DNA of 63,781 nt, counting the filler, from Pelomyxa schiedti (lineage: Eukaryota; Protista; Evosea): the NCBI GenBank assembly GCA_020536535.1. It is 12 parts of 12 records of this genome, joined end to end, with 100 filler letters (N's around TTAATTAATTAA, not from the genome) between each part and the next. Parts side by side here need not be neighbours in the genome. Positions count along the whole stretch, not along the records: positions 1 to 10,453 come from JAHLWZ010001266.1; positions 10,554 to 18,124 come from JAHLWZ010000581.1; 10 more parts are not named here. One strand, given 5' to 3'. The notes beneath the pieces are model-generated. The model saw nothing but the letters and a program-made list of their open reading frames with translations, made no database searches and was not told the DNA's origin. The position numbers and the translations under genes were made by a program. Below are positions 1 to 11,675 of this stretch, in pieces. The stretch's first letter is position 1. The number at the start of each line of letters is the position of its first letter.

Positions 1-867
1 ATTCCGGCACCACACTGTGTTTAACGCACATTCAGATAATCATGAATTACACCACGGCCAAGTGCGGACACTTCTACACATACCGTGGGTACTCACAGAC
101 CCAACTGTGCTCCAGCCCAATTGCAGCTATCACACACCCCACTCCCTCATCCCTGCTTGACTGCAATGTGCCCTCTTCACCCTGATAAATCTCACCACCG
201 TCAGTAGCCCCACCTCTTTTCCTCTCTCATGGGTTGGAAACACTTACAACCTCAGATACAAACGAACTAGAACGCAAGAAAGTAAAAATGTGTACGCCGG
301 TAACATAAGCTTTTGTTGCACAGCAACAATAAACACTCAGCTTCTTATTTATAAATGAAGTATTATTCGTGAATCCCAAGTGCACCTCAGCCTTGAGAGA
401 AGGTGTTGTTTGCCCACCCAACAATGGTGGTTATGTGATTGGGTTGTGTGAGGTCGACGTGGAATGGGTTGTTTCCTTGTAAAAACCAGCACAGAGCATA
501 ACTGCTGTAGCAGAAATTCTCCACAGATTTGTGTTTGGTTGTTGTTACATACAGGTTATCTGGTTCCCAACGGCGTTCAGTTTTGATTTTGTTTTGTTTT
601 GGTGGAAAAGGGGCGGTGCATACTTGCGATTTTGGTGTATTGCACCCAAAAATCCAGGGCAGCTGAATAGCTGCTCATGGCATTCACCAGAGGGTATAAA
701 TTCTCGTCTTTGATCCACATTATTGTTACAAAAATGGCAGGGCCTATTTCAGAGACAGTAAGATAAAATAAACTCAGCTTATTGTCATACGCCTAATGAC
801 TCGCTCTGGAATTGCTGCAATTGTTGATTCAGGAACTAGTGTTGGTGAGTATACTAAGTTAAGGGTA

Positions 868-1970
868 TTACACAGTATACACACGTCTTGGGACAACTCG
901 GCTGTCCACGATGAATTGCCGGTTTGATGAAGTACTGAGGGAGGTAATTTCCGAGACAGCTGGATGGGTCTGGCTGTGTGTGATTCGCACTGGCTTGCCT
1001 CTGGATGGTTGAAACTCGTTCAACAGTTCGGCTGGTGGCCGGGCATCAATTGGGTTCTGGACGATAGTAGGTACCGAAGAAGCCCGAGAATGAACTTGTG
1101 TATTCCTTGAGCGAATGAGCTTGAGGCCGTTCTTGTGACGTTCTCTTGCACACAAGGAGATCGGATTTGACGAGAAACTGGGAATTCCAGGGATAGTGTT
1201 CACCTGGAACACGATATGTGAGTGCAGATGGGCTCTGTAAAATGTGATTAATCAATAGGGACATCAATTGAACCAACCTTGATGAAGAGCACTTTGGAAT
1301 CAAGTTGAAAGTGAACACCTCCTTCGAATGTGAAAGGGCACCAAAACTCGAAGTGAAATCAGGAAGGCTCCACAGTGTTATTTCCACTGGTACACCATCA
1401 TCCAGGTTACACATTGTGCACAATGCCTCTGTGTTAGTTAAATATCCTAATAGAATGAATCGCAGAATGGGAGAGGAGCGTTGCGCACACTTTGTGATGA
1501 ACCACATTTTATCCAAGAACCTCTGAGAATGTGACTTGACAATTGAGTGTGTGTCAACCCTGATGATTGCCTCCACATCCCATCAACACTAAACCTCATC
1601 TACTTGTTTGGTTTTTTGTTTTTTTGTTTTTGCTGATGAGTGTTGTTCCCCAACAACTGTGAGAAATACAAAACGAACGAACAAACTAAAAAAGTGCTTA
1701 CATATTCCCAAACAAACAAGAAAAACCTTGTAAGTGTGAAACTTGTATAACACATTGGCATTTATGGCTAGATCAACAAACGACGTGGATGCACTCTCAC
1801 CAATGCTCCCTTCCTTGAGTTCGTCCATCAATAAAAGTTTGGTTCTGAGGTGTTCGTTATTGATGTTGTAGTTCTCCGGATCGAGAGGAACCTTTCCGCA
1901 ATTGCCCATATTGTGCACCATTCCATGGCAAACCAGCCAGAGATTGTGAGTTGAGGTCCCTCTGGGGTCG
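868..1970 (-). CDS. Hypothetical multi-exon protein (boundaries uncertain)
   Basis: Chain of minus-strand ORFs (1589-2071, 1046-1576, 868-1212) separated by T-rich intron-like segments. No recognisable motif, and the splice path could not be fully resolved. Confidence 0.25.
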
Positions 1971-2312
1971 TGTGAATGAGGAATGAGGATCGATGAAAGT
2001 TGTTCTTCGGGGAACAAACAACAACGAGAAAAAAAAACAACACACACAAAGTGCACCTGTCGCGAACACACACACCCCGGAGACAGTCAAAGTCAACACG
2101 TGATTAATCCCTACAATTGTGTGTGTGTTGTCAAGATCTATGCGTGTTCCCGTGCCGGCCGTCACGTTTTTTTTTTAAATAATTAATTAATACTTCCGCA
2201 GCCAAAAGCGAACACTGCCACAGGCTTGTATATATCACTGACTGTGGTTTTTTTCCCCCGCGGGATCTCCATATACATACAGACACTGCGTTATTTGTCG
2301 CTAGCGACGTGA

Positions 2313-5186
2313 ATGAGTAGGTACTTATTACACTTGGGATCGACCAGCGGTGGCTCGCCAACGCCACCGTCGCCGGCCTCCCCTTCTTCTTCATCCAGCG
2401 CGAAAAGTTCTTCCGCTGCAGCAACACAACCACCCAGTGTGACTGTTTCACTTCCCATACCAGCGCCGGCTTCGTCGTCGTCGTCGTCTTCTTCTTCTTC
2501 TTCTTCAGCGCACAGGTCATCGCCGCACCTGAGCTTCTTCAGCACATCGTCTCCTTCGATACACATTGACGGGCCTCTTCCTTCTGTGAGAAAGTCGTCG
2601 AAAGAAAAAGAGAGGAAGCTCAGGAGGGGATCGAGTGACCTGAATGAGAGAATGATGAAACCGTCGTCACCCCCATCGGCATCCCCCGAACACCACAACG
2701 CTGAGACAGCCAGTGGTGCCAGAAGAAGTGGTATTTTCCTTTTTTTTCCCCAATTCTGTCAACAACTAATAAACATCCAAAAGCACAAGTGGGAAGAGAG
2801 GATTTTGTATTTCTACGTCTACTTGGAAGGGGTGATGTTGGAAGAGTGTAAGTGTTCTCCTTCCAGTAAAATAGAATTCTACATTGGGTAATGATGATAT
2901 ACAAAACACATAACTTTAATTTGAACCTTCTGGCTTTGCTCAAAACTCCCTGATGACACTTTTACACTTGACATGATCCCCTTTTCTCCTTTCTGTTTTA
3001 TTTTTTTCCCTCCTCTTCCTGTTCTTCTTCTTCTTGGGGAAATGATTACAACATTGGTTTATTGGAGGGGAGGAGCATTGCAGATGTGATTCAAAAAGGA
3101 AAGAAAAAACCAAGCAAAGTCTATTTGCATCACTGAACCCGAAAATATATAAAGCTTAATGACCAAATGATTTTCATTTTTCTTACTACCCCCCAGTTAT
3201 CTTGTGAGACACAAAGAAACCAATCGGTTGTATGCAATGAAAGTTCTTCCCAAAGAGGAAATGATCAAACGAAACAAGGTTTGTTTTGATCTCAATGTGT
3301 AATCACTCTGTGGTTAAATCACAGCACACAAAAATACACAGATTAAACGCTGTCAAACAGAGAGGGAAATTCTGTCTCAGTCCAATCACCCATTCGTCAT
3401 GACTCTGTTTTGGTGTTTCCAGGTACTCACTTCCCTGACTGGTGTTGTAACAACATGCAATTGAACTTCCTCAGACACCGAATTGTTTATACTTTGTGAT
3501 GGAGTACTGTGCAGGAGGGGAATTCTTCCGAGCTTTGCTGAGACAGCCAAATAGGTGCCTGACAGGTAATTTTGCTTCCTCTTTTGCACTTTAAGTAAGC
3601 CCTCTTCAATTAAGAGGAAGGAGCAAGATTCTATGGAGCCGAGGTTTTGTTGGCCCTTGAATATCTCCATTACATGGGGTAATAAATTTCCTTTTCCTGA
3701 CAGTAAATAACCGCCACATCAAGGTTTATTTACCGTGACCTCAAGGTAATGGTTCCAATTTTGACTGTTTCATTCCTCACCTTTTTTTCTCCTTTCCTTT
3801 TTGGACTCTAAAATTAGCCTGAAAGTGTGTTGCACCCCCACCATCATCACGATTTTCCTTTCTTTCGTGGATATTAAAATGTCGCACAGACATCCTCTTG
3901 CACGCATCTGGACACATTGTATTGACTGATTTGTATGTTCCGGAGAAATCTTTCTGTGTGCTAACTTACACATAATGTGACAGTGATCTTTCAAAGAGTG
4001 CGGCAACCTCGACCATGAGAGTAATTTTCTTTATTTCTATTTTGGCAACTCGATTGACTGGCAGTGCAGATGATCAGCACCTGGAATGAGGATGTGCTCT
4101 CCATAAAACCCGAACTTGCAACAACTTCCTTTGTGGGAACCGAGGCCTGTTTCTCCTCCGGAGTGACCACTAAATAACCAGTACTACAGGAGTACATTGC
4201 CCCGGAAGTGATTACTGGCACAGTACAAACTGGTGCTGTGGACTGGTGGACTTTTGGTACACACCCTCATTCTTTACAATATCCCCACTAAACGATGAAA
4301 GGAATCCTGTTGTATGAAATGATGGTACCTTTGGATTTTGGTGTGGTTGCTCGTTTTGAGTAACTTTAATTCAAGTTTGGCACAACTCCGTTCCGAGGAA
4401 AAACAAGGGAAACAACATTCCGGCAGATTCTTGCTGGTGATATTGCATTCCCCGACAAACCATCTGTGTGGGACCATGAACTTGTCTGATTGAGGACTAA
4501 TTCTTCTTAGGTATCAAAGAACGCCAAGGAAATAATCAAAAAGTTGCTTGTTGGAGAGCCGGCACACCGCCTCGGTTCTCAAAACGGTGCTGCTGATTTG
4601 AGAAAGCATCCATTTTTCAAACCCGTGAAATGGCAAAGTGTGTATCAACTTTCTATCTCCACTTAGTTTTTTTTTTATTTTGCTTAACCAACTGTCAGTG
4701 ATAAGAAACCAAAAACCACCGATCGTACCCACTCTGAGGGGCCCAGATGACACAAGTTACTTTCCGGCAATGAAGGATGATGGATACATTGACCGGCTGG
4801 AATCCGGCAATACAACGAGGATCGACGAGTCCTTGTTTCAAGACTTCACCACAGGTTTGCCTGCATACCACATACATACATAAAACAACCTCCCACACAC
4901 ATCGCACTCATCAACGAACGCAGTATCACGTGGACCCTGTGCATATCAAGATGTACCGTGCTCACCAACACCATCAACACCAACAGCAACCACCACCACT
5001 CCCCATTCCACAACCTCAACGTCCGCATCAGCAACACCACCATCGTCGTCACCTTCCACACCAACCTCACCCTTGTCCTCTTCAACAACACCAACGCCAA
5101 CAACAAGAGGCTCAACAGAGCAACGTGGCGCAACAAAAACACCATCACCCGACCCACCTCAACACCGCCGTGATTCCAAGACATAA
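2313..5186 (+). CDS. AGC Ser/Thr kinase, Fpk1/Kin82/nrc-2/phototropin-like (DFD) subfamily; multi-exon
   Basis: Spliced exons give FLRLLGRGDVGRV|YLV..YAMKVL..IKRNK|IKRCQTEREIL..HPF..MEYCAGGEFF..YRDLK|PE|NILL..LTDF|DLSK..SFVGTE|EYIAPE..AVDWWTFG..TPFRGK..RLGSQNGAADLRKHPFF. Both termini are Ser/Pro/Thr-rich. TAA at 5184-5186. Confidence 0.93.
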
Positions 5187-5242
5187 ATAAGCAAGACAGA
5201 CCAAGAAACAGGGGAATGGTGAAGTCTTTCCTTTTTTAGTCA

Positions 5243-5701
5243 TCAGGAATCAGACCAGAATTTAACCTGCTTGATCAACACCAAGTTCCAATTCCCACAG
5301 TTTCTGTCGACGAGGAGCCTGACCCACTGGTAGGGCTTCGTCGACGCGTTGACTTCGACCGGGAAATGCTGCCAGGCGTTGGTGCGGCACCCGTAGATCT
5401 TTGTGAGTGTCTTCCACGGGCCTGTGGCAGAGGGCCCGACCGACACTGTGAGGTCCCTTGCGGCAACGTCGTTGTCCATTGTCATGATGGACACAATGGG
5501 CACGACGCAGGGCTCTGTCAGGTCGAACACGAGGTACTCCCCAGTTGTCTTTCCGTGCATGGACATCCAATATGTCACGGTATTGTTCTGGGAGTAATCA
5601 AGGACGCTCTCTGGTGGGTTGCCTGGCATAGAGGATGATGCAAATACACTCCCAACCTTCCTTGCCCGTGGTGGTGCGGAAGGGACTTCGTCGGTGTTCA
5701 T
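5243..5701 (-). CDS. Stand-alone galactose-binding/discoidin (F5/8-type) domain protein
   Basis: ASS..P..VLDY..W..GEYLVFDL..DLTVSVGPSATGPW..QWVRLL..VKFW. Clear paralog of the domain at 5912-6346. Confidence 0.7.
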   Translation of the reverse strand: MNTDEVPSAPPRARKVGSVFASSSMPGNPPESVLDYSQNNTVTYWMSMHGKTTGEYLVFDLTEPCVVPIVSIMTMDNDVAARDLTVSVGPSATGPWKTLTKIYGCRTNAWQHFPVEVNASTKPYQWVRLLVDRNCGNWNLVLIKQVKFWSDS

Positions 5702-5911
5702 TCGGTTGATTTCAATGGTGTTTTGATTGCCAGAAGCTTCTTCTTCGGAAGACACTTACGATCTGAGAAAATTACTGGATCAATTTCTTTTCCTTTTTTC
5801 AGCAGCACATCAGAGCGAGAGGGGCAAGGCACAACAGATTGCTCTGAAGGCCCAGCAATCTTGCGTCTTCATCGACGGCGAGTACGATGTCTTCGTGAAA
5901 AAAAAAGATTT

Positions 5912-8900
5912 TCAGTCATCCCAGAATTTAACACCTGTGACACACACAAAGTCTTGGTTCCCATAATTTGAGTCAAAGAGGAGCCTTACCCACTGGTTGG
6001 GTGTTGTCGTAGCATCCTTGATGGTGACAGGGAACCTCTGCCAGTCGTTGATCTGCTGAGCAGTGAATGTTGAGAGTGTTGTCCATGGCCCCGTAGATGA
6101 GGGCCCAACTGACACTGTGACATCCTTGGGTGACGATATTTCGTCTGTGGTCCTGAAGCACACAACAGGCACAACACAGGGCTCTGTCAGGTCAAACACG
6201 AGGTACTGCCCTCTTGTGTTGTTGCACTGGGTGGCCCAAGCTGTGGAACAGTTGTGGGAGTAATCAATGACCCTCTCAGGTGGGTAGCCTGGATGAGTGG
6301 ATGATGCCAACACACTCCCAATCTTCCTTGCCTGTGGTGGTGCCACTGTGTTGGTTGTATGTGGGGAGATGGTTTATTTGGGGAAAACAAACAACAAGAA
6401 GAACACACGTACACTTGAGTGTGAAAGGTGATCCTGACACATTCTGCCACACTTTTTGTGCTGAAGATGAGAACAGACCCTCCACAGCCAACACCACATT
6501 GTCCATCACAACCTTTGCTTCCAAATTCACAACAACGGCTGTGGATGCGGATCCCTGTTCTGCACGACCAATTGACACAACTGCAGCTGTTGGTGGTGTG
6601 ACACCAACGCGCCACTCAACATACTGAAGGCATGATTCAGAATCAACATCAGGGATTGGTTGACCACCAGTGTTCATCAACTGTGTGTCGGGTTGGGAGA
6701 CAAAGAGAAAACAAAGGGGAGGGTGAAAGAAACCTGAATTGGAAGAGACAGCTTGTTCCGAAGAAAGAGAGTGGAAGGGACATTCTCAATTCTGCATTTG
6801 CTGATGTTCACTGTTTGTGTTTGTGAGCGTTGTTGCTCCAATGTGTGTGATTGGAAGTGGAGGAAACCTTGAATGACAGTGAGAGAGAAAGGGCAACCAG
6901 ACACTGGAACCCACAGGTCTCTGTTGGGAGAAGCTGCAGTTTCAATGAACAGGTGGTGCTCTCCACCACATTGAACCGTGAACTCGACCTCATCTGGCTT
7001 GTCACACTTGGTGAATGTTAATTCACGGTTGGAACTGGAAGAAGGAGGGTGTCCAACAACAGAAGCAGGCTCACAAACCCTGAATCGGGTTTGCATCACT
7101 TCTGGTGTGATAGCACAACGTTGGGAACTTCCTCCTTTGTAATCTGAGATTACTGGTGTCCCATCAGAAAAGGATGTCTGGAAAAAAAGAGTGAATTGTT
7201 TGTTTCTTTGATTGTAATCTAGGACACACACAATGAGGTTCAACTTGAATGGAATTCCTGGAGTTCCATTCAGACAGCCAACAAGTTTGGTTTGACGAGG
7301 GTCAATCTCTGTGTTAGGATAAGATCAGATGGAGGGAGAAACAAGAGAAAAAATACCTTTTGAGACAAATGAAAATAATTCAGTGTCACCACCAATCACC
7401 AATGAGTGCTTCCCTGCACACTTGGGAATGAAGCTCACTTCGCACTTGAGGAGTGTGTCTGCAGCAGCAGTGGTTGTTGTTGTTGTTGTCGTTGTTGTTC
7501 TACTTATTTCCTTCTTCCAGCATGGTGATTGTTCAAACTGCCTTCTCATCACTGTGCAGTCAGTACCTTTTTCCAGAGGAACAACAAGAACAGTGAGACC
7601 AGCACTCATCAATGAAGGGATTTGAGTTTCAGGTGGAATTGGAGTTCCAGTTGCATCCACAAGAGAGGTGCACTCAACTGTGCATTTCCACTCCTTCCCT
7701 GCAATCTGTGCTGTGGTGCGTTGTTGCTGTTGCATCTCATCCTCCCATGGTGTCACCTTGACCTTGCTCAGTGATGCGGAAACACCTTGTGTGTGTCACA
7801 AAATTCCAGGAGGAACAAAAACTCAAACCAAAAGTGAGTGCCCCATATGAATTGATCGTTTCAGAGAGGTTCATTGTCTGTGTGAAGTTGATCTCTGATT
7901 TGCAGCATGGCTTCAGGTTAACCTGAATTCGTGTGAAACTTGAAAACTAGACACAAGAATACCGATTGGGAGTTTAATTCAGAGATGACCCGCGAGGACG
8001 AGTCAAAGGATCTGATCACACCAAAGTCATGTGAGGTGTGACTCAGTTTGGCTGCTGACTTGAGTGCAGCCTCTGCCATGCCAACGAACCTCTCAAGGTG
8101 CTCCTGTTGCATATCCATGATCCTTTCTGTTTTGTGTGATTGAGTGTGTGAGCGTGGCAGATTAGTCTGAGGACAAACTCTACACACCAGTTGAATCAGC
8201 AATGCTCATGCATTCAACGGCCAGTTGTTTGTGCCTCTTCTCAAGGAGTGCCTCCAATTTGACGAACTCTTCATCCATCGCCTTGAGTGCTTCACTGCAG
8301 TTCTGTGTTGTTTTTTTTTGCAACAAGTAGTAGTAAGTAGTAGTAGTAATAATACACACTGACGAACCTTCCTTACAGCACTTTTTGTGTCAGTGATTTT
8401 ATCAAGTGCATCTTTCACGGTTTTCACCTTCTCTTCAAGTTCTTTTGATTTGTTCGTGATGATTGCCTGTCTTCCTTTGGATGCCTCACAGATTGTGACT
8501 GTTGGGTGCACTGTCTTCAAGCTTGAGTCCTTTTTATTGGACATGTCCCAAAATTTGTTTGATTGACTTTAATAAAAACACAGTGGATGAGATTATACCT
8601 GATGGCTACCAGAGAGGACACAGAGAGAACAAACAGGAGTGTTGTCTTGTGTGCAGAACAGCTCCAATGGTCTGTTGTGATCTGGGCACTGAATGATTTT
8701 CTTGGCTGATTCGATTGGAACTGGAGTGAACTGATGAAAATGGAGTGAGACTTCAACATCCACCACTTTGGTGAAAGACGAAAAAAAAAGGAGTGAAGAC
8801 AAACTGAGTGGCCCATTGTCATGTGCATCTTTGTGTATGGCTTCACACATTGAGGCTTCCCACAAATTATAGATCCACAAAGTGAGCATGATTGTGTGGC

Positions 8901-9871
8901 CTTTTCATCGCACCATGGGCAACATCTTTCACCATCATTGTCAATACTTTGTGAATTTTGAGAATCCAGAACAATTGCAGCTTGTGGCTCTTGCTGAGGT
9001 TTATTTGGTGAGTGGAAAGTCCACACAAACAACAACAAAACAACAACCTGGAGAGTCCCAAGTCCTTTATTGTGTGGGAATTGCAGTGGATCATCGCAAA
9101 TTGGGCACTTCACTGTGAGTTGAAGCTGTGCTGGCTTGGATACAGCCCCAGACTCATTCTCCTGTCTCTGTGATTTGGTGAATTCACAAAAAGAAATAAC
9201 TCACAAAGTCCCAAGGCAAAAAAGTGAACAATACAACCGACACACACACAAACCTCATGATTCATTTTCCCTTGTGTGGCTCTAACCATCAAAGGGGACC
9301 ACAGTGGTGTGTCAGTGCACACCCTGCTTGCACAACCAGTTGCAGTGGTGGTAGTCTGACCCGGCTGCGCCGTCCCAGTAGCGGTGGTGGTGGTGGTTGT
9401 GATTGTGGTTGTACCAGGTGGTGCCTCCTGCTCCTCCCTCGTTTCCATTCCATGAATTGTTCTTGTTGCCGATGCAGCTGGCGTTTGTGTTGGGGTTCTC
9501 TCATCCACCCCCACCCCCACCGCCACCATGGCAGGGTGTTGTGCCACGAGCAGGAGGGATGAGAACGAGGCGGCGGCGCGCGCGTTGTTGGCCATCAGCC
9601 CAGCACACCCAACGCACACCCGGTGCCGCGTGCTGCCGTCGGGGTGCCCGCCTGCTGAGGTGGTGGTTGGTGTATCGGCAACACGGTGGAGCTCGACGGC
9701 GGCTACGCCAATGCTGCTGCTGCTGCTGCTGCTGGTGTCGGTGGGTGGTGAGGAAGTGGGGGGAGGGGGGGTGAGAGGGGCGAGGCACAGGCCGCACGAC
9801 GTGGACCACGACAGGCTGTCCGACACGTCGTAGTCGTACTCGGTTGTGTTGCTGTTGCTGTTGCTGTTCAT
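5912..9871 (-). CDS. TRIM-like protein: RING-like, two B-boxes, coiled coil, filamin/Ig-like repeats, C-terminal discoidin-like domain; multi-exon
   Basis: CGLC..HRVCVGC..CPIC (RING-like with long low-complexity inserts); CPWCDEKATQSCSLCGSIICGKPQC..H..GH (B-box1); CPDHNRPLELFCTQDNTPVCSLCVLSGSH (B-box2); coiled-coil exons 7950-8540; VSGCPF/VSGSPF filamin signatures; terminal beta-sandwich 5912-6346. Confidence 0.75.
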
Positions 9872-10041
9872 TTGGTCACGGCTTGTTTCTTGAAATGTCA
9901 ACGAAACGAAAAAACAGTTGCAGCCCAGTTCATTGCACTGAGGTCCAGGTTGTGGTTGCTCGCACCAAAAACATCATCAGCTAGGATTGCCGCCTGTTCC
10001 CAATCCAACCGACACTTCTTTTTCTTTTTGCTTTTCGAACC

Positions 10042-10453
10042 ATGACACCACTGACCGCTGCCGTTGTTGCGGTTTGCTATTGTGGGTTGTTGTGGTGCAG
10101 TTGTGATGCCGCCCCCGATGGCGAAGTAAATTGTGGGAACGGCGTTGCGTGCGGGTCAAACACTAATTGCGGCGCTGCCAAGGCGATAACTAGAATGCCC
10201 TTTGAAACCCAGGCTTCCACAGCCGATGCTCCAGACACTTACCTCTCCTGCCAAGGCGAAAATCGGCAAAGTTTTGTGTTCTGGAAATCCACAACATAAT
10301 CCGCGCGTTCTTCCACTCCCTTTTTTACCTCCCCCTGAGGAGCTCAGTGCGGAATGAACTAACTCAAAACAACCAGCACTCTGGTGGACGGTGCAAGGAA
10401 CTGGACAACCACTATTCGCCACAACATGTCTTGGAGATGCGGATTATGTTAGA
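10042..10453 (+). CDS. Secreted Cys-containing protein, 5' part only (cut by scaffold end)
   Basis: Signal-peptide-like MTPLTAAVVAVCYCGLLWCSCDA, followed by a downstream exon reading PALWWTVQGTGQPLFATTC. Confidence 0.5.
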
Positions 10454-10553
10454 NNNNNNNNNNNNNNNNNNNNNNNNNNNNNNNNNNNNNNNNNNNNTTA
10501 ATTAATTAANNNNNNNNNNNNNNNNNNNNNNNNNNNNNNNNNNNNNNNNNNNN
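10454..10553. other. Artificial scaffold linker (N44-TTAATTAATTAA-N44)
   Basis: The same linker occurs at 18125-18224, 25768-25867, 32755-32854, 35468-35567, 37067-37166, 46281-46380, 52769-52868, 55493-55592, 57179-57278 and 62354-62453. Plain 100-N gaps lie at 13333, 16516, 41758, 56203 and 59178. Confidence 0.99.
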
Positions 10554-10555
10554 TT

Positions 10556-11383
10556 CCGTTTGGAGCCGTCGGCGAGATTTGCATTGGCGGAATTGCGGTT
10601 GGAAAGGGATACATCAACCGAGACCAGTTGACTGCTGAGAAGTTCGTCAACGTTCCGTTCTGTTCGGGAAAGGTGTACAGAACAGGCGACTTGGGAAGGA
10701 TTCTTCACCACAACGGGGAGTTCCAGTTCGTTGGGAGGATCGACTTCCAGGTGAAACTCAACGGTTTGAGGATCGAGCTTGGTGAGATTGAGGCTGCACT
10801 CCAGAGCAACACTTGTGTTCAAGATGCGGCGGTGGTTGTGAAGACCAACCGGCAGACCGGAGCCCAGCACCTTGCCGGCTACGTTGTTCCTTCACAAGAT
10901 GCCCTTGACGAGATGGGAGTTGACATTTCCAATACCCCGGAGTGCAGTCCCGCCAATGTTCCGGGCTTGGAATCGGACCTGCAACAATTCCTAGCCCGGA
11001 AGCTGCCGCAATACATGATCCCAAGCACCCTGACCATTCTGAGTTCCATGCCCATCGGCCGGTCCGGCAAGACCAACAGGAAGGCTCTCGAGGCAATGGT
11101 TTTCGAGGGCGAACGCCAGGAAGAGCAGCTGCCGCCAACAACGGAGAACGAGAAGATGATTTACAACATCTGGAACCAGTCGTTTGGGTTCACTGGCGGG
11201 ATCCGGACCAACTTCTTCCATGCCGGTGGGAACTCCATGATCATGACCAAGGTCACGACGGTGTTGCTTTCACATGGTGTCACCATCTCAATGGAGCAGT
11301 TCTTCCAGGAACCAACCATCTTTGGTCTTGCAAGAATCGCGGACATCCAACTTCAGCATAACCGGCCACAACAAGCACCATAG
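10556..11383 (+). CDS. Non-ribosomal peptide synthetase(-like), 3' end: adenylation domain C-terminal half plus thiolation (PCP) domain
   Basis: A6 GEICIGGIAVGKGY, A7 YRTGDL, A8 GRIDFQVKLNGLRIELGEIE, A9 LPQYMIP, A10 SGKTNRKAL, and PCP NFFHAGGNSM, then stop. The 5' end is cut by the linker. Confidence 0.93.
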   Translation, partial: PFGAVGEICIGGIAVGKGYINRDQLTAEKFVNVPFCSGKVYRTGDLGRILHHNGEFQFVGRIDFQVKLNGLRIELGEIEAALQSNTCVQDAAVVVKTNRQTGAQHLAGYVVPSQDALDEMGVDISNTPECSPANVPGLESDLQQFLARKLPQYMIPSTLTILSSMPIGRSGKTNRKALEAMVFEGERQEEQLPPTTENEKMIYNIWNQSFGFTGGIRTNFFHAGGNSMIMTKVTTVLLSHGVTISMEQFFQEPTIFGLARIADIQLQHNRPQQAP

Positions 11384-11675
11384 GCACCCCATCATCCTCA
11401 CCACCAACAAATAAACCACCACCAACACTTTTCACTCATTTTTCACTGTATTAGTTAGTGACTGAACCCACCAAAAGCCAGTAAATGATTAGAAAGTTGT
11501 TATGTGAAGGAGCCAAAGTTCAAGATCGTACCCTTTTCTCGGAGGGCGCGTCACAGACGCATCCATCGAAAATTCGAAGACCCATCTACCTGCAGTGAGG
11601 CACGGTGCTAAAACACAACGAAACAAAACAAAACAAAACAAACGACGGGACGAACGACGAACCACGCGACGGATT

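Noticed and set aside
4777-5190. His/Gln-rich 137-aa ORF
   Set aside because: Alternative frame of the kinase's Ser/Thr/Pro-rich last exon.
10498-10509. Recurrent TTAATTAATTAA motif
   Set aside because: Always centred in N padding; it is an artificial six-frame-stop contig linker.
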